A stretch of DNA of 64,000 bases from positions 1 through 64,000 of the IMG/VR virus record IMGVR_UViG_3300010885_027635. The stretch is one strand, 5' to 3'. Made by a program: the position numbers and the translations under genes. Shown piece after piece: positions 57,701 to 64,000 of the stretch. Position 1 is the first letter of the stretch; every line of letters begins with the position of its first letter. The notes under the pieces are model-generated. The model had not been told where the DNA came from. It did no database searches and saw only the letters and a program-made list of their open reading frames with translations. The DNA comes from a virus.

Positions 57701-60428
57701 CGCGGAAGGTAGTACTTGGATATGCCGCACGATCGCCAAAACTAACACCGTTGGTGTTGTAAACATCAAACAATGGTGCTTGATTGACTGTGGTTTTTTC
57801 TTGAGACTCCAACCATTCAACACCGTCGTACCAAAAAGCCTTGCCTTGCAAGGTAACACCACTTAGGCACACAGTACTTTGATCGTACAACACAGTAGCA
57901 TCTGGAGCAGGTACCAAGTTAATAATTGGTTGTGGAATCTCAGGTGGTACTGTATCCGGAGTAATAAATTCTACTTGATAAATTTTATTTCTTACCTGAC
58001 TGTCAGTGTCAGCAGCAAATATAACCCGACTACCTTGAAGGAGTGAGTATCCGTCAATTGAATATCCTGTAGTTCCGTTAATAGTACTCAAGGCGTCAGT
58101 GGCGGTGAAATCAATGACATCAATTGGTTGTTTACCTTGTGTGCCATACTCGAATAATCGAGTACCAGCACGATATTCTAAAATAGGACGTCGTGCTCTA
58201 TAGTTTTGGTCTACAGTTGGTGTCAAGCCGTTGAGTTCTGCGGCGTAAGTTATAACATCAATATGGAACCAACGATTGGTTCGTGTCCATGCGTTAAGGT
58301 CTGGGCTGGCACGATTTATAACCAGATAATCTGGGACCAGAGGTGCGTTCAGCGAAGCATCGTAGTTGCCAACATCAAACGGTGTTGAGTCGTATGGTAT
58401 TGTTTGGCTATTGGTATAGGGTTCAGGAGTGACAAAATTTGTTACAGGCAACAGTTGTATAGCTGTGCCTACTCCTTCAACATAGTATGAATTATTTTGG
58501 TAACTGGCCGGCTCAACCTCACCACGAAACTGCACTTTCAATCCATTGGTAAACACCACACCATTAGGGCTGGTGTAATTTTTTTGACCAACAATATCTT
58601 CAATAAACAGTGTAGCTTGTTTGTCTTGATCAATTAATCTAAGTTGTCCAAAAATTTCTGGATCTGTTCCGTCCTGGTACCATAACAGATTTTTAATTGC
58701 AGTCAGCAAAGGAAATTCTTCAAAATATCCTTCGGCATTTTTATACCACTCAGTGGTGGCATATTGTGCTCCATAAAGAATTTGAAACTTTTCCAAGTTG
58801 GCTACAGACAACACACTGTTTAATTTTATATACTTGGATCCGTCGTTAGCTGTCACATATTGTATCTGCCAGACACTGTAGCGGGCACTTTGCGTAGTAA
58901 TGTCTGTGGTTTGGTCAAACGGTATGCTATCATACGTGCCTGCCTGACCGTCTTTGGGATCTGGGCTTCCGCTTACGATAGCATTACTGAGTGTTTCGTA
59001 CGGTTGATCGTCGTAGGGTTGACCGTTGACGTCGTAACTTTGTGTCACTGATACTTGATTAGGAACTGTTCTTGTGATCGGGTCAAACTGCGTGGTTATT
59101 TGCCAGCCGCCTGATTCAGTATCGGGTTCTTGATTTAAAAATACAATGGTCTTTCCATTTAATTCGGTGATGCCATCGATGCCAGTTGGATTGGCTACAA
59201 AAAATGGCCCAGGAACAATATTGCCATTGTCGTTGGTAGTAATGAATTGATTATTGATTTCATTAAATTTTAATGTGGTGACTAGATCAACAGTGCCAGC
59301 TGGCTTGCCAGCAATGTTGCCAATCTTTGATAGACCATAATAAAAATCTTGGGCGGTACTTAGAGGCACATTAAATGACACAGTGCCAAGATCTTCGCCG
59401 TTGTTGATAACTCCTAGTACGTCTCTACTGCTGATATTGGAAGCATAAGGTAACACTCCATTAACTCCAGGATCAGTTTGAATCCAGAAGCCTGGGCCGG
59501 TGCCTGGTGTAGCATCCTCAATTACAAAAGTTCCACGCATATTAAGCTGTGTGGAATTGGCATAATATAACACATCTGGAGCATCTTGTGGCACGGTAAA
59601 TGTGACAGTTCCAGTGTACGCACCATTGTTAGTAACAGCAGGACTACCATCTGATAGTACACCTTCATATAATTCAGTGTTACCTAGTGTGGCTTCTGTT
59701 TTGATGTAAAATGCAAACGGGCCGCTCAATGACAGCGTAAAGGTATAGGTATTACCTCGAACCAAAGTCAGCGTGGGATTAGTTTCGTAGTCAATTACAT
59801 AGGCACTGGTACCTGAATTTTGTACGCGAAAGTTTATGTCTTCTGTGGCATTTTGTGCAACTTGGAACGTGTAATTGCCCCCACGCACCAGAGTTAGTGT
59901 TGGGTTGGTTCCAGGAATTCCGCTGAACGTGTATACTCCGTTGGCACGAGTCACAACAAAGTCATCAGTTAATGGTACCCCAATGGCTCCTACGTCCACA
60001 GCCAATGGGCCAGCAGGTTGCCAATAATATTGGCTGTAGTTTATGAACTTATCAAAATCAACAAATGGGTCCCAGGTGTAGTATTCACTGCCGTACATAC
60101 TATCTGGGTTAGTCACATTAGCACCTTGTAATCTCAATGCATCAATGATGCCTGGATAGGTAATTGCGTCTAATATGGTACCGTTATCATCAGGTTGTAA
60201 ACTGATAACACCGGGCTCTAATTGATAATCATTGCGAACTTTAGTTGGTTCGATTACATATTTGTCGGCTGGGTTAACACCAGGGCCAACCTTGCGTCCA
60301 ACAAAACCTTGTGTCTTACTAAAGTTTGGTTCTTGTACTAGCTGATCTAAAGTGGCGTTGAGGAACTGCCGATTGACCGGCGTTTGAAATATTTCTGGCA
60401 GGAATTCAACTGTACGAACTCGTGCCAT
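45723..60428 (-). CDS. giant (4901 aa) virion/baseplate structural protein
   Basis: uninterrupted ORF coupled to baseplate wedge; FG-GAP-like repeats, beta-rich modules, VKPYH motif, YDxxPFD repeats. Confidence 0.8.
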   Translation of the reverse strand: MARVRTVEFLPEIFQTPVNRQFLNATLDQLVQEPNFSKTQGFVGRKVGPGVNPADKYVIEPTKVRNDYQLEPGVISLQPDDNGTILDAITYPGIIDALRLQGANVTNPDSMYGSEYYTWDPFVDFDKFINYSQYYWQPAGPLAVDVGAIGVPLTDDFVVTRANGVYTFSGIPGTNPTLTLVRGGNYTFQVAQNATEDINFRVQNSGTSAYVIDYETNPTLTLVRGNTYTFTLSLSGPFAFYIKTEATLGNTELYEGVLSDGSPAVTNNGAYTGTVTFTVPQDAPDVLYYANSTQLNMRGTFVIEDATPGTGPGFWIQTDPGVNGVLPYASNISSRDVLGVINNGEDLGTVSFNVPLSTAQDFYYGLSKIGNIAGKPAGTVDLVTTLKFNEINNQFITTNDNGNIVPGPFFVANPTGIDGITELNGKTIVFLNQEPDTESGGWQITTQFDPITRTVPNQVSVTQSYDVNGQPYDDQPYETLSNAIVSGSPDPKDGQAGTYDSIPFDQTTDITTQSARYSVWQIQYVTANDGSKYIKLNSVLSVANLEKFQILYGAQYATTEWYKNAEGYFEEFPLLTAIKNLLWYQDGTDPEIFGQLRLIDQDKQATLFIEDIVGQKNYTSPNGVVFTNGLKVQFRGEVEPASYQNNSYYVEGVGTAIQLLPVTNFVTPEPYTNSQTIPYDSTPFDVGNYDASLNAPLVPDYLVINRASPDLNAWTRTNRWFHIDVITYAAELNGLTPTVDQNYRARRPILEYRAGTRLFEYGTQGKQPIDVIDFTATDALSTINGTTGYSIDGYSLLQGSRVIFAADTDSQVRNKIYQVEFITPDTVPPEIPQPIINLVPAPDATVLYDQSTVCLSGVTLQGKAFWYDGVEWLESQEKTTVNQAPLFDVYNTNGVSFGDRAAYPSTTFRGCKLFSYATSNLSPDAVLGFPLRYLSLDNIGDIVFDNNLYTDTFGYVLGSTGQTVDVSSGFVRQYSNRLDYRSEIGWQPAATRSIQRQQFQFTYDGSPLLLDVAVNTNNVIPAVQLYVNSQFQDPGRYTYTTTSDTTTITMSKTYVLPGDVIEVAVLSDQVSATAFYQIPVNLENNPLNTNNSIFTLGTARTHYETVGENLLGLVGPIIGPNNTRDLGNIVPFGQQILQQSSPLTLAGYFMRSKEYDIFGALEYNSREYIKFKSLLIDTVVRNDYGDMTVAEILDSAIATITNGRTDTNPFYWSDMLPTGSVYTQTVNTITPISTPIFNTVQTYDFTSSNYLGLLVYLTRTINNQPVTTLLTRDVEYVVATDSPRLTITVPLNVGDIVTINEYGNTAGNFVPNTPTKLGLYPKYLPRIFYDIDYVNPALVVQGHDGSITIAFTTTDQYNNGRIDIRDQILLEFEKRIYDNLKNDGNPVPLTAEEVIPGFFRKTDYTQTNINNILSESFLTWVGWNKLDYKRQDYIANNPFTYNYSTAGNKINEDPLLGAWRGIYRYFYDTLTPNLTPWEMLGLTEKPVWWEERYGPAPYTSDNLVLWDDLEAGLVADPIAPYIKPNYVRPGLTKLIPVGTEGELLAPLYSVVGSYNSNAFQKSWSAGDGGPVEASWWMSSSYPFAVMRLLILTKPAEFFALFADRDLYRYDFELEQYLYNGRYRLDANGIEVYGNGVSKASYIDWIVDYNRQLGRNSTTALTNDLANLDVRLCYRMASFTDKQYLDVILERQSPNSTNSSLTLPDNNYQLLLYKNQPFNEIVYSALIIEIVSGGYAVYGYNNATPYFNIFASASNGLLKTVSGGGTAVRVPAQYSDTVVQIPYGYTFVNNTVVVDFILSYGAYLEKQGLIFNDYENGYKLDWTQMATEFLYYSQQGWTPGTIINLNPCATTLKAFRAGSVVDTIISTSPEQLLLDQNRTTLPTRDLIVQRDGDAFSVTSASNQSISYLHLKFTSYETMMVLDNVSIFQDLVYDPATSARQSRIRIVAATSNEWNGVLDAQGFILNNNSNVKEWLPNKKYTKGEIVIYKNNYWSAQTIVQPKVEFDYNDWVKSDYTKIQGGLLPNLANKANQLANSYDTQQANLESDNDLLSFGLIGFRPRQYMTDLNLDDISQVNLYQQFLPTKGTLRSAQLFTRADLGKETGDYEIFENWGVLVGTYGANANRSFFELRLNEAYLRSDPCTVQVINPGETSQANQTILLDDVWRESYKLTSPDILPTTYTTNRDTALPSAGYVNLNDVDLTVFSLDDPTSIAANINDIGVGTTIWAAKSNSYDWDVYRCSRVPGQLILVTDNLNGTSIAQFSQPHGLSIGDLVVFRYFNANVNGVYRVLAVPGISSITVAFNFGSSNQTSLIGSGLVFYLQTMRVSQASDVASLPYSNSLISGAKAYVDDNGSGHWEVLEKQNPFTGFDEFSPDPLVYNSQYGVSVTQPLNLSAALVGSPGTGTDAGAVYSYIRDTTNNLYLQDIQLELTAANVTGYGNAVKFGQNTWAVAGASASRNNTGYAATIYRAPVTGGYSTTQLLIAPDQNFGAARFGYAVTISQDERWMYVSAPYADAGGRVYAYGRVDVEEQYVTYQTNGITTSFNWSDSLVIDYTQPDQLTVSLNNELLYEFTDYAVNQNNIVFSVPPPPGQRLAITRRQAVQLDSATYFEVEQNSTTGSGLDAKFTVDVTRGVYTVTITDGGLNYVVGNQLTILGTQIGGVAPANNLVITVTAQTGGSITEFTFTGSGISNTAVFSLSPYLYTVLDIYSFVVTIDGVLQRPHIDYEFNEDSTATTADLRLLTNPPAGANIYVVSNTYWQYCDTISVPGLANDSRFGVSLATATNGAQVLVGCNRDSAIDANGRTIAHAGSVYAFDRSILNYLIDNVDTVTYSMPGSVTGPVSVALNNQFLNVYEFTDTNGLTTIQFINGQVNVNLYTNEITLLDNLTVTVGDVLSVSTNQFSQIQKITANAPLDETAFGQAIDLCPTNCSLYVGAPLDSSVLPQAGSVQRNVNQSRVYGVTTSTVANPSLTAGDTIRINNYEVTVPVVPNNNIEGLISAINAAGIPNVVATMAANAEFVGDGATKVFDIGTLYSAADSYTTVVYVNNTLQNYGSDYIYNNTTQQIFFVLAPITGAVVTVVSGRMTLNVKNTESATAFNKLTVLPGVIGSAFDDLGWNTFVYAQTIVSPSTSDFAQFGSALSIDSSNVNLVVGAPNGNVYQPEIFDGGETYFDDRSTTFFHPINNSGVVYTYDYLPSSTSSVTNPGKFVFGQQIYAEELMPNDQFGIAVNFTSGRLMVGVPGNDLGDSTTNYGRVNVFNNPDRKLAWTVIHEQQPVVDVDLLNGVYMYDKLTSSTQTYFDFIDPLQGKILGAARRNLDYIGAVDPASYNTGSIHNNGNSWGSEHVGQMWWDTDTVRFIDPNQDDIVYASRRWSQTFPGSRVDIYQWVASDVPPLSYTGVGTPLSTTSYTVRSSLNQENVFTTTYYYWVRGITTISTGAGKTLSAVGVSRYIENPRNSGIPYIAALNASTVAIYNGLEYISAADTILHIDYDRQLTDANIHTEYEFIAQNKPDAFLSATLYRKLQDSFCGADTAGAVVPDPFLSPAERYGVQFRPRQSMFIDRFMALENYLGRANNVLKQFPIIESRKLSLLNSSEPQPTSTVDGVVVWNKRVANLEELSYQNLNSVPLGYLYLVESTSTQNGLWTIYEVAISDVVSTERTVNLVRVQNYDTRLYWDHIDWYLPGYNSTVQPIAEVPVYSALDTLSLQAAPVGSSVKVTANAQGKFEIYLRTDLGWERAGLQDGTIQFKEELWNYSAGNFGFGVEVFDAQYFDQEPVIETRKIIQAINEELFIDDLAIERNRALMLVFNFIYSEFTTPSWLVKNSFIDVFHKIRSLLPYQTYLQDNQTFVLDYIQEVKPYHVQIREFNLAYNGQDDYPGSLTDFDVPAYWNSALAQPQFISPVLQDDTAGHPYTLSDSVVKNTISDAGPNAEIWTMDPWKQWYNNYLLSIQSVTIVDGGAGYTVAPEVIVTGECVEQATMTAVINSAGKVVSITVDNPGSGYISTALISFAGGNGVGVRAVAVMGNDLIRSIKTTIKYDRYQYVSTIYEWQPNVNYDNGTQVRYANRVWEADSGDSTGVESATFDPAQWTLVPADTLSGVDRTMGFYTPTANELGLSLPLLIDGIDYPGVQVDAPDFNQNTGFDVGNYDISPFDNISYGPEGLPTYDPGILDAIYESNYLDPYLGTNPAPAYNGAPPNQPDAVVVDGGAYIDVFSSHAPEELIPGAEFDTLDMRIYTRPGADWLGNGHGFPEKISNFVFDPADTVLSFAGLLDYPVQIIVYNQTLGTQLTLDDNYTVDWTDQTVTILSSVSAGNIVTVEVYGLGGGNQLYQQTYNGADVGEYITVPVAYNQIQEFAIFVNGVLTTDYTYATAGFNSTRIRFGTVYNVTDFISLFAIGPTTVNGVTTNYSWSTPQTQTFAGVTGVLAYNLDNSLEYTNPDNLIVTVNGVRARTSAGIEWYGDGSTEYLLPERLGFSQSLIADNQVDVYLNDIPQTLGVDFAVEPYNGYPRRVVFAQEPAIGTRILICVNAGTQCYVNGDQLLFVEGSGLVPNNGDSISVTTWNDTRQQNILTKVIVGPITTGATVVQPYDSTDFDSPAVLDPFETAPGLFDYSAGTEITVNDIQLGRVITDPSRLWVTLNGRRLFDNYDFTIVGEELILTSGVMQAADVLMITEITDTVVPEAMAFRIFQDMRGVQATYRITPSSSTTLTQSLTINSNVVHVDNASALGQPDLALNIWGVLMVDGERIMYRERNTVDNTVSGLLRGTAGTAVAEHSTGAVVTDLGRGNLLPVQFQNYIVSNSTLADGSTVTFIADDINLLLEDSTIRDESVEVYVAGIRVQAGFTITADNPCTVTFDTAPVNGAEVTILVRRGVTWYNPGIGEPSDGVPLQDTVNQCAQFLRGQ

Positions 60429-63400
60429 TAAATTACTCCACTACCTGGAGCAGTTCTAATATTAGTTGAAGTCAATGCTTGAATTACCTCAATGTTATTA
60501 ACTGTAGCGGCATTGACAAAAATTTGATTAGGAGCACTGCGTATTTCATACAGGTCGCCAAAATATTTTTCTGGATTCAATGGAACTAACACTACACTAC
60601 TTACCACGTCGCCAATCTGTGCATGTATGTATGCGGCCAGTTCACTGAAATAAAATGTGTCGCCGAAGTCCCACTTGTCAATACTAAAGTAGGCATCCAT
60701 GTTGGCCACTACTAAATTTTTAATTTCACTGACACTGGCTGTGCTCTGTGCAGATTTAATAACTTTAATTGTGGCACGTAATTCTTCCGGGGCCTTAGCA
60801 CCAAACAGTGGCAAGAACTGTACGCTGTTGACAATCACGTTGTCACTAATCATTTTATAATCTTGTAGGCCTGCATACTCTGTGGTAAGTTGATCAATGG
60901 TTGGTGGTGTTGGTTCTACCACAGTGCCTGTGGAGTCTTTGATCCAGTTTTGATAGGCCGTGTAATAGGCCAAGGTTATAACATACAGGTCAATGATATT
61001 TGTACTGCCTGGATCAAGACGACTGGTCAATGGACTATTATGACGATATTGTGTGTATAAGTCTTGGCGGCCAACACGGGCTATGAATTGATTGTTGGGT
61101 TCTAATACTTTAACACCTGACGAGTTAAGCACCATGGTATAGAATAATCCAGCACTGTAATCAATATTTGTAGTGGCACTGGTAGGATTATAAGCGTAGA
61201 ACACTTGACCAACCAAGTATTCATCTTTAACCAGTTCGATATCATTCAAGGTAGCATATGAACTATTAACCACGCCATTTTCAACCAACAGATATCTTTG
61301 AAGATTATCAAAGTCCACAGTTTGTTGTAGAAATACCAACTTTAAATTTGGATTGATTGCTGGAGCCACAATTGTGTTAAAAAAGTCAGGATCATCAGGA
61401 ACGCCGTCACTGTCAAAATCTTCAAAGCCAACCAAGACCTGGAAGTCATCAACATAGCCATCACTTTGCACCGGCTGGCCAATAATTTTTAATCGAGTAT
61501 CACCTTCAAGTGGTGTATTGTTATCTGGTTTGCTGTTGGTTTTTAATACATTGACAAAATCGCTGATCACTGTACCATTGCGGCTGTCGTAGATTTTTTG
61601 ACTGCCAAAGTAAAAGAATCTGTTTTGTAATACACTACCATAGTAGTAGTCTAAGCTACGAGAAACTATAGTGTATTTTTGGCCATCAGTCGTGGCTTGT
61701 ATAAACCAACTGGCGTCAGCATTTGTTCCTGAGGTACTACCAGCATTGGTGGTGCTCCACTGTGCATCAACAGCAAGATTACTAGCAGTAATTACATACC
61801 AAGTGTATGGGGTTCCTGTTACAGTGCCTGTGCTGTCATAGCCTAGGCCAAAATTTTGATTTAACAAAATTTGATCAAGAATACTTTGCCTTAGTGTCGT
61901 TGAAAAGTCTGTGACAAACAAGGGAATAACTTGGGCGGCAATAGCACCGGTTGGCACATAGTTATTAAGTACCACTGGGCCTTGACCGTTGGGCAAATTG
62001 CCAAGACCTTGTGCTGTTCCGTCAAGATATACCGCAGTTGGGCTAGCCCAGATAACTGTTTTTTCGTCGGCACGAGTAGGGGTTCCTGCTTTGAGATTGT
62101 TGTTTTCGTCAAAGAAATATCCAGCTGGTGGTATAAATTTGACCAAGGAGCCAACCAAAACATATTTCATATTGTTACTGGCATAGGTGCCAATGCTGAC
62201 AGGATTGCCTAGACTGTTTTCAAAATATCCTGTGGTCTCGTTGGCCAGTGTAGTACTTTGATTCCAAGTGTTGTTAAGTACCAAGAGATTTGGTCGAGTG
62301 TAATAATTGTAATAAAATTGTTGAGCACCAGCTTTAACCAACAACGGGGTTAACTGATTAATAATCACGTCGGTTACGTCATTGGTGGTCAAGTAGGTAA
62401 ACTGGAACGCTGGTGTATTCACTGCTTGATACAGTGCACCGTCGCTAAAAAATGAATTGGTACTGGAATATTTGCCTGTGCCGTCAACCAGATCAAGATA
62501 ACGACTTGTGCCAATTGACGCACGATTTAGTGCTTTGCTTTTTAATATGGAGTTGTAGGCGGTAAAGGGAAAGTTATTGTAGTCTTCGCCGTTGACCATA
62601 CGATTCTGTGTATAGTAGCGAGCCGGAGCACGTTGTTTGATCTCATCAATTGTTTCACGTGCCTGGGCGTTGCTAACAGGTTCTGTGATACCGCAGGTAA
62701 AGGTAATGGTTTCAATCTGTCCGGTACGACTTACATAACTGATAGGAATCTGTACACTTTGCATTTCTTCTGGATTGATAATGTACTGCAATCCATTTGA
62801 CGCACGGACATAACAACGGAAAATTCCCACTGGAATGGTTGAAAAAACACCGTCGCCAAAGTTCAGTGTGATTTGATCATTGACACGACTGGATACAGAA
62901 AATATTGTTCTTGTGCCCGGTGCCAGCTGTTCAATGGCAGCACCATAAACGCTTTCAACAAAGGTCCACTCTTTGGCAATGTTGCCTACGTTGTCTAACT
63001 GATAGACCCAACGGTCGGTATTGTTGACACCTTCGATGTTGATGTTAACTGTACGGTTGGCCACACGCTCTGGCAAGTTAAAATCTTGATTCTGTAGTAC
63101 GCCTTGCTTGAACAAGAAGAAATAACCAGTGTTGGCTGATGAAAAGCCCAATTCGTCATTGCGGAACAAAACATTAAATTGTCCGTTGGGTCTTGGACTA
63201 GGTTCGTAAATAAATTCTTTTCCAGTGGCAGTGGCGTTGACTGCTTCAAACGGCATGTTTACACCATCAATGGTTGCGGTGTAAGGTATCACTGGCAGGA
63301 ATCCAGGAATCAAATTAATAGTGTATTCGTCAGTGCGTACACCTAAAATAGTATTTCTTGCACCAGGACGACCCACACGTTGAGTGTCTACTAAGCTGGC

Positions 63401-63883
63401 ATTGACAATGGCTGTAAACTGTTCTTGCCAGTCAAAGTTGCTGGGGTCTGCCCAGTTTACTGTAACGTTGGCCAGGTTAATGCCGTTGTAGTCAACTACG
63501 TTTTCTGTGGTCACTACAGAAAATACTTTGAGATAACCGTGTGATTCGGTGTTGCGTTTGGGAGTGTAGCTGACCAAGTTGGCCAAGCGTACAACACTGT
63601 CTCTACGTTCAGCTGTGTCTAGGTAGTTTTCACGTGTGTTTAAATCTGTACGGAAGGCCAAGGCTTGACCCATAAATGCCATAACATCAAGCAAGGCAAT
63701 AAATTCTGAACTTTCAATATAGTCATTGAATGTTTCTGGATAATACAGGCGTAAGTAGTCTACAAAACTTTTGCGTAAGGTTTCAAAATCGTAACTTTGA
63801 AAGTCAGCTTCGCGATAGGTTTGATAGATTCGTTTCCAATCTTCAACTCCAAATATCGCAGTTTGTCTAGTAGTCTTGGCCAT
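60428..63883 (-). CDS. baseplate wedge subunit (T4 gp6-like)
   Basis: DFETLR..FNDY..SS...LD..A..G, ENYLDTAERRDSV..LA..VSY.PKR, ETIDEIKQRAP..Y.TQNRMV..EDY. Confidence 0.85.
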   Translation of the reverse strand: MAKTTRQTAIFGVEDWKRIYQTYREADFQSYDFETLRKSFVDYLRLYYPETFNDYIESSEFIALLDVMAFMGQALAFRTDLNTRENYLDTAERRDSVVRLANLVSYTPKRNTESHGYLKVFSVVTTENVVDYNGINLANVTVNWADPSNFDWQEQFTAIVNASLVDTQRVGRPGARNTILGVRTDEYTINLIPGFLPVIPYTATIDGVNMPFEAVNATATGKEFIYEPSPRPNGQFNVLFRNDELGFSSANTGYFFLFKQGVLQNQDFNLPERVANRTVNINIEGVNNTDRWVYQLDNVGNIAKEWTFVESVYGAAIEQLAPGTRTIFSVSSRVNDQITLNFGDGVFSTIPVGIFRCYVRASNGLQYIINPEEMQSVQIPISYVSRTGQIETITFTCGITEPVSNAQARETIDEIKQRAPARYYTQNRMVNGEDYNNFPFTAYNSILKSKALNRASIGTSRYLDLVDGTGKYSSTNSFFSDGALYQAVNTPAFQFTYLTTNDVTDVIINQLTPLLVKAGAQQFYYNYYTRPNLLVLNNTWNQSTTLANETTGYFENSLGNPVSIGTYASNNMKYVLVGSLVKFIPPAGYFFDENNNLKAGTPTRADEKTVIWASPTAVYLDGTAQGLGNLPNGQGPVVLNNYVPTGAIAAQVIPLFVTDFSTTLRQSILDQILLNQNFGLGYDSTGTVTGTPYTWYVITASNLAVDAQWSTTNAGSTSGTNADASWFIQATTDGQKYTIVSRSLDYYYGSVLQNRFFYFGSQKIYDSRNGTVISDFVNVLKTNSKPDNNTPLEGDTRLKIIGQPVQSDGYVDDFQVLVGFEDFDSDGVPDDPDFFNTIVAPAINPNLKLVFLQQTVDFDNLQRYLLVENGVVNSSYATLNDIELVKDEYLVGQVFYAYNPTSATTNIDYSAGLFYTMVLNSSGVKVLEPNNQFIARVGRQDLYTQYRHNSPLTSRLDPGSTNIIDLYVITLAYYTAYQNWIKDSTGTVVEPTPPTIDQLTTEYAGLQDYKMISDNVIVNSVQFLPLFGAKAPEELRATIKVIKSAQSTASVSEIKNLVVANMDAYFSIDKWDFGDTFYFSELAAYIHAQIGDVVSSVVLVPLNPEKYFGDLYEIRSAPNQIFVNAATVNNIEVIQALTSTNIRTAPGSGVI

Positions 63884-63901
63884 GATAATCCTGTGTTCTT
63901 G

Positions 63902-63907
63902 TATTTA
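63902..63907 (-). promoter_or_regulatory. late-promoter-like TAAATA
   Basis: TAAATA 18 nt upstream of gp6-like ATG, with SD AGGA between. Confidence 0.5.
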
Positions 63908-63928
63908 TGGGATTAATAAACTGGGTAG

Positions 63929-64000
63929 TTAAACATAGCTGGCCTGGCGTTGTTGTTGATCAAAAAAGATACTCAAACGCTCAGCATCGCTACTAGGAAC
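63929..64000 (-). CDS. 3' end of upstream gene, probably gp25-like baseplate protein
   Basis: open frame ...VPSSDAERLSIFFDQQQRQASYV*; position before gp6-like gene. Confidence 0.45.
   Translation of the reverse strand, partial: VPSSDAERLSIFFDQQQRQASYV

Noticed and set aside
1047-63249. Numerous 60-120 aa antisense or alternate-frame ORFs nested in long genes (e.g. 1269, 6358, 10910, 11441, 46075, 61931)
   Set aside because: They are shadows of well-supported genes, with no motifs or RBS.
1-64000. Bacterial chromosome or integrated prophage
   Set aside because: There are no housekeeping operons, integrase or att sites. Host-like genes are interleaved with phage-style small ORFs, tRNAs and baseplate genes, with tight overlaps throughout.
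1-64000. CRISPR array, IS element, intron/intein, DGR
   Set aside because: No regularly spaced repeats, transposase, reverse transcriptase, homing endonuclease or intein motifs were seen by eye.
1-64000. Stop-codon reassignment
   Set aside because: The standard code gives dense, full-length genes; TAA, TAG and TGA all end recognisable proteins, and no suppressor tRNA is present.

Overview
This window looks like 64 kb of a large myovirus-type (jumbo/T4-superfamily-like) phage genome rather than a bacterial chromosome. The Omp32-type porin and two Bug/TctC proteins point to a Betaproteobacterial (Burkholderiales) host. (i) 1-5.7 kb: six tRNAs, two with unusual A34 anticodons, interleaved with host-like genes for an RNAP omega-like protein, a porin, a 2OG-Fe(II) oxygenase-like protein, a Bug/TctC protein and a PP-loop ATPase. 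(ii) 5.8-14 kb: an early region with sigma70 promoters. A MoxR AAA+ ATPase and an HExxH-metallopeptidase/VWA protein bracket a tightly coupled array of small proteins that share only a C-terminal F-x-L-[RK]-[WFY] helix motif; this is my top candidate for an undescribed system (an adaptor library for a phage unfoldase/protease). (iii) 14-42.5 kb: a large sugar/small-molecule tailoring cluster with an NAD epimerase, two DegT aminotransferases, an amidinotransferase, a carbamoyltransferase plus a 33-aa PFIY peptide, six radical SAM enzymes (a seventh lies at 7.9 kb), four GT10-like paralogs, four GT-A-like proteins, two sulfotransferase-like proteins, an acyl-CoA ligase, an NMO/FabK-like protein, an SGNH-like protein and a second Bug. 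(iv) 42.6-64 kb: tail/baseplate genes, including a 4901-aa protein and a gp6-like baseplate wedge, preceded by TAAATA late-promoter-like motifs. All assignments come from motif recognition by eye; no database searches were run.
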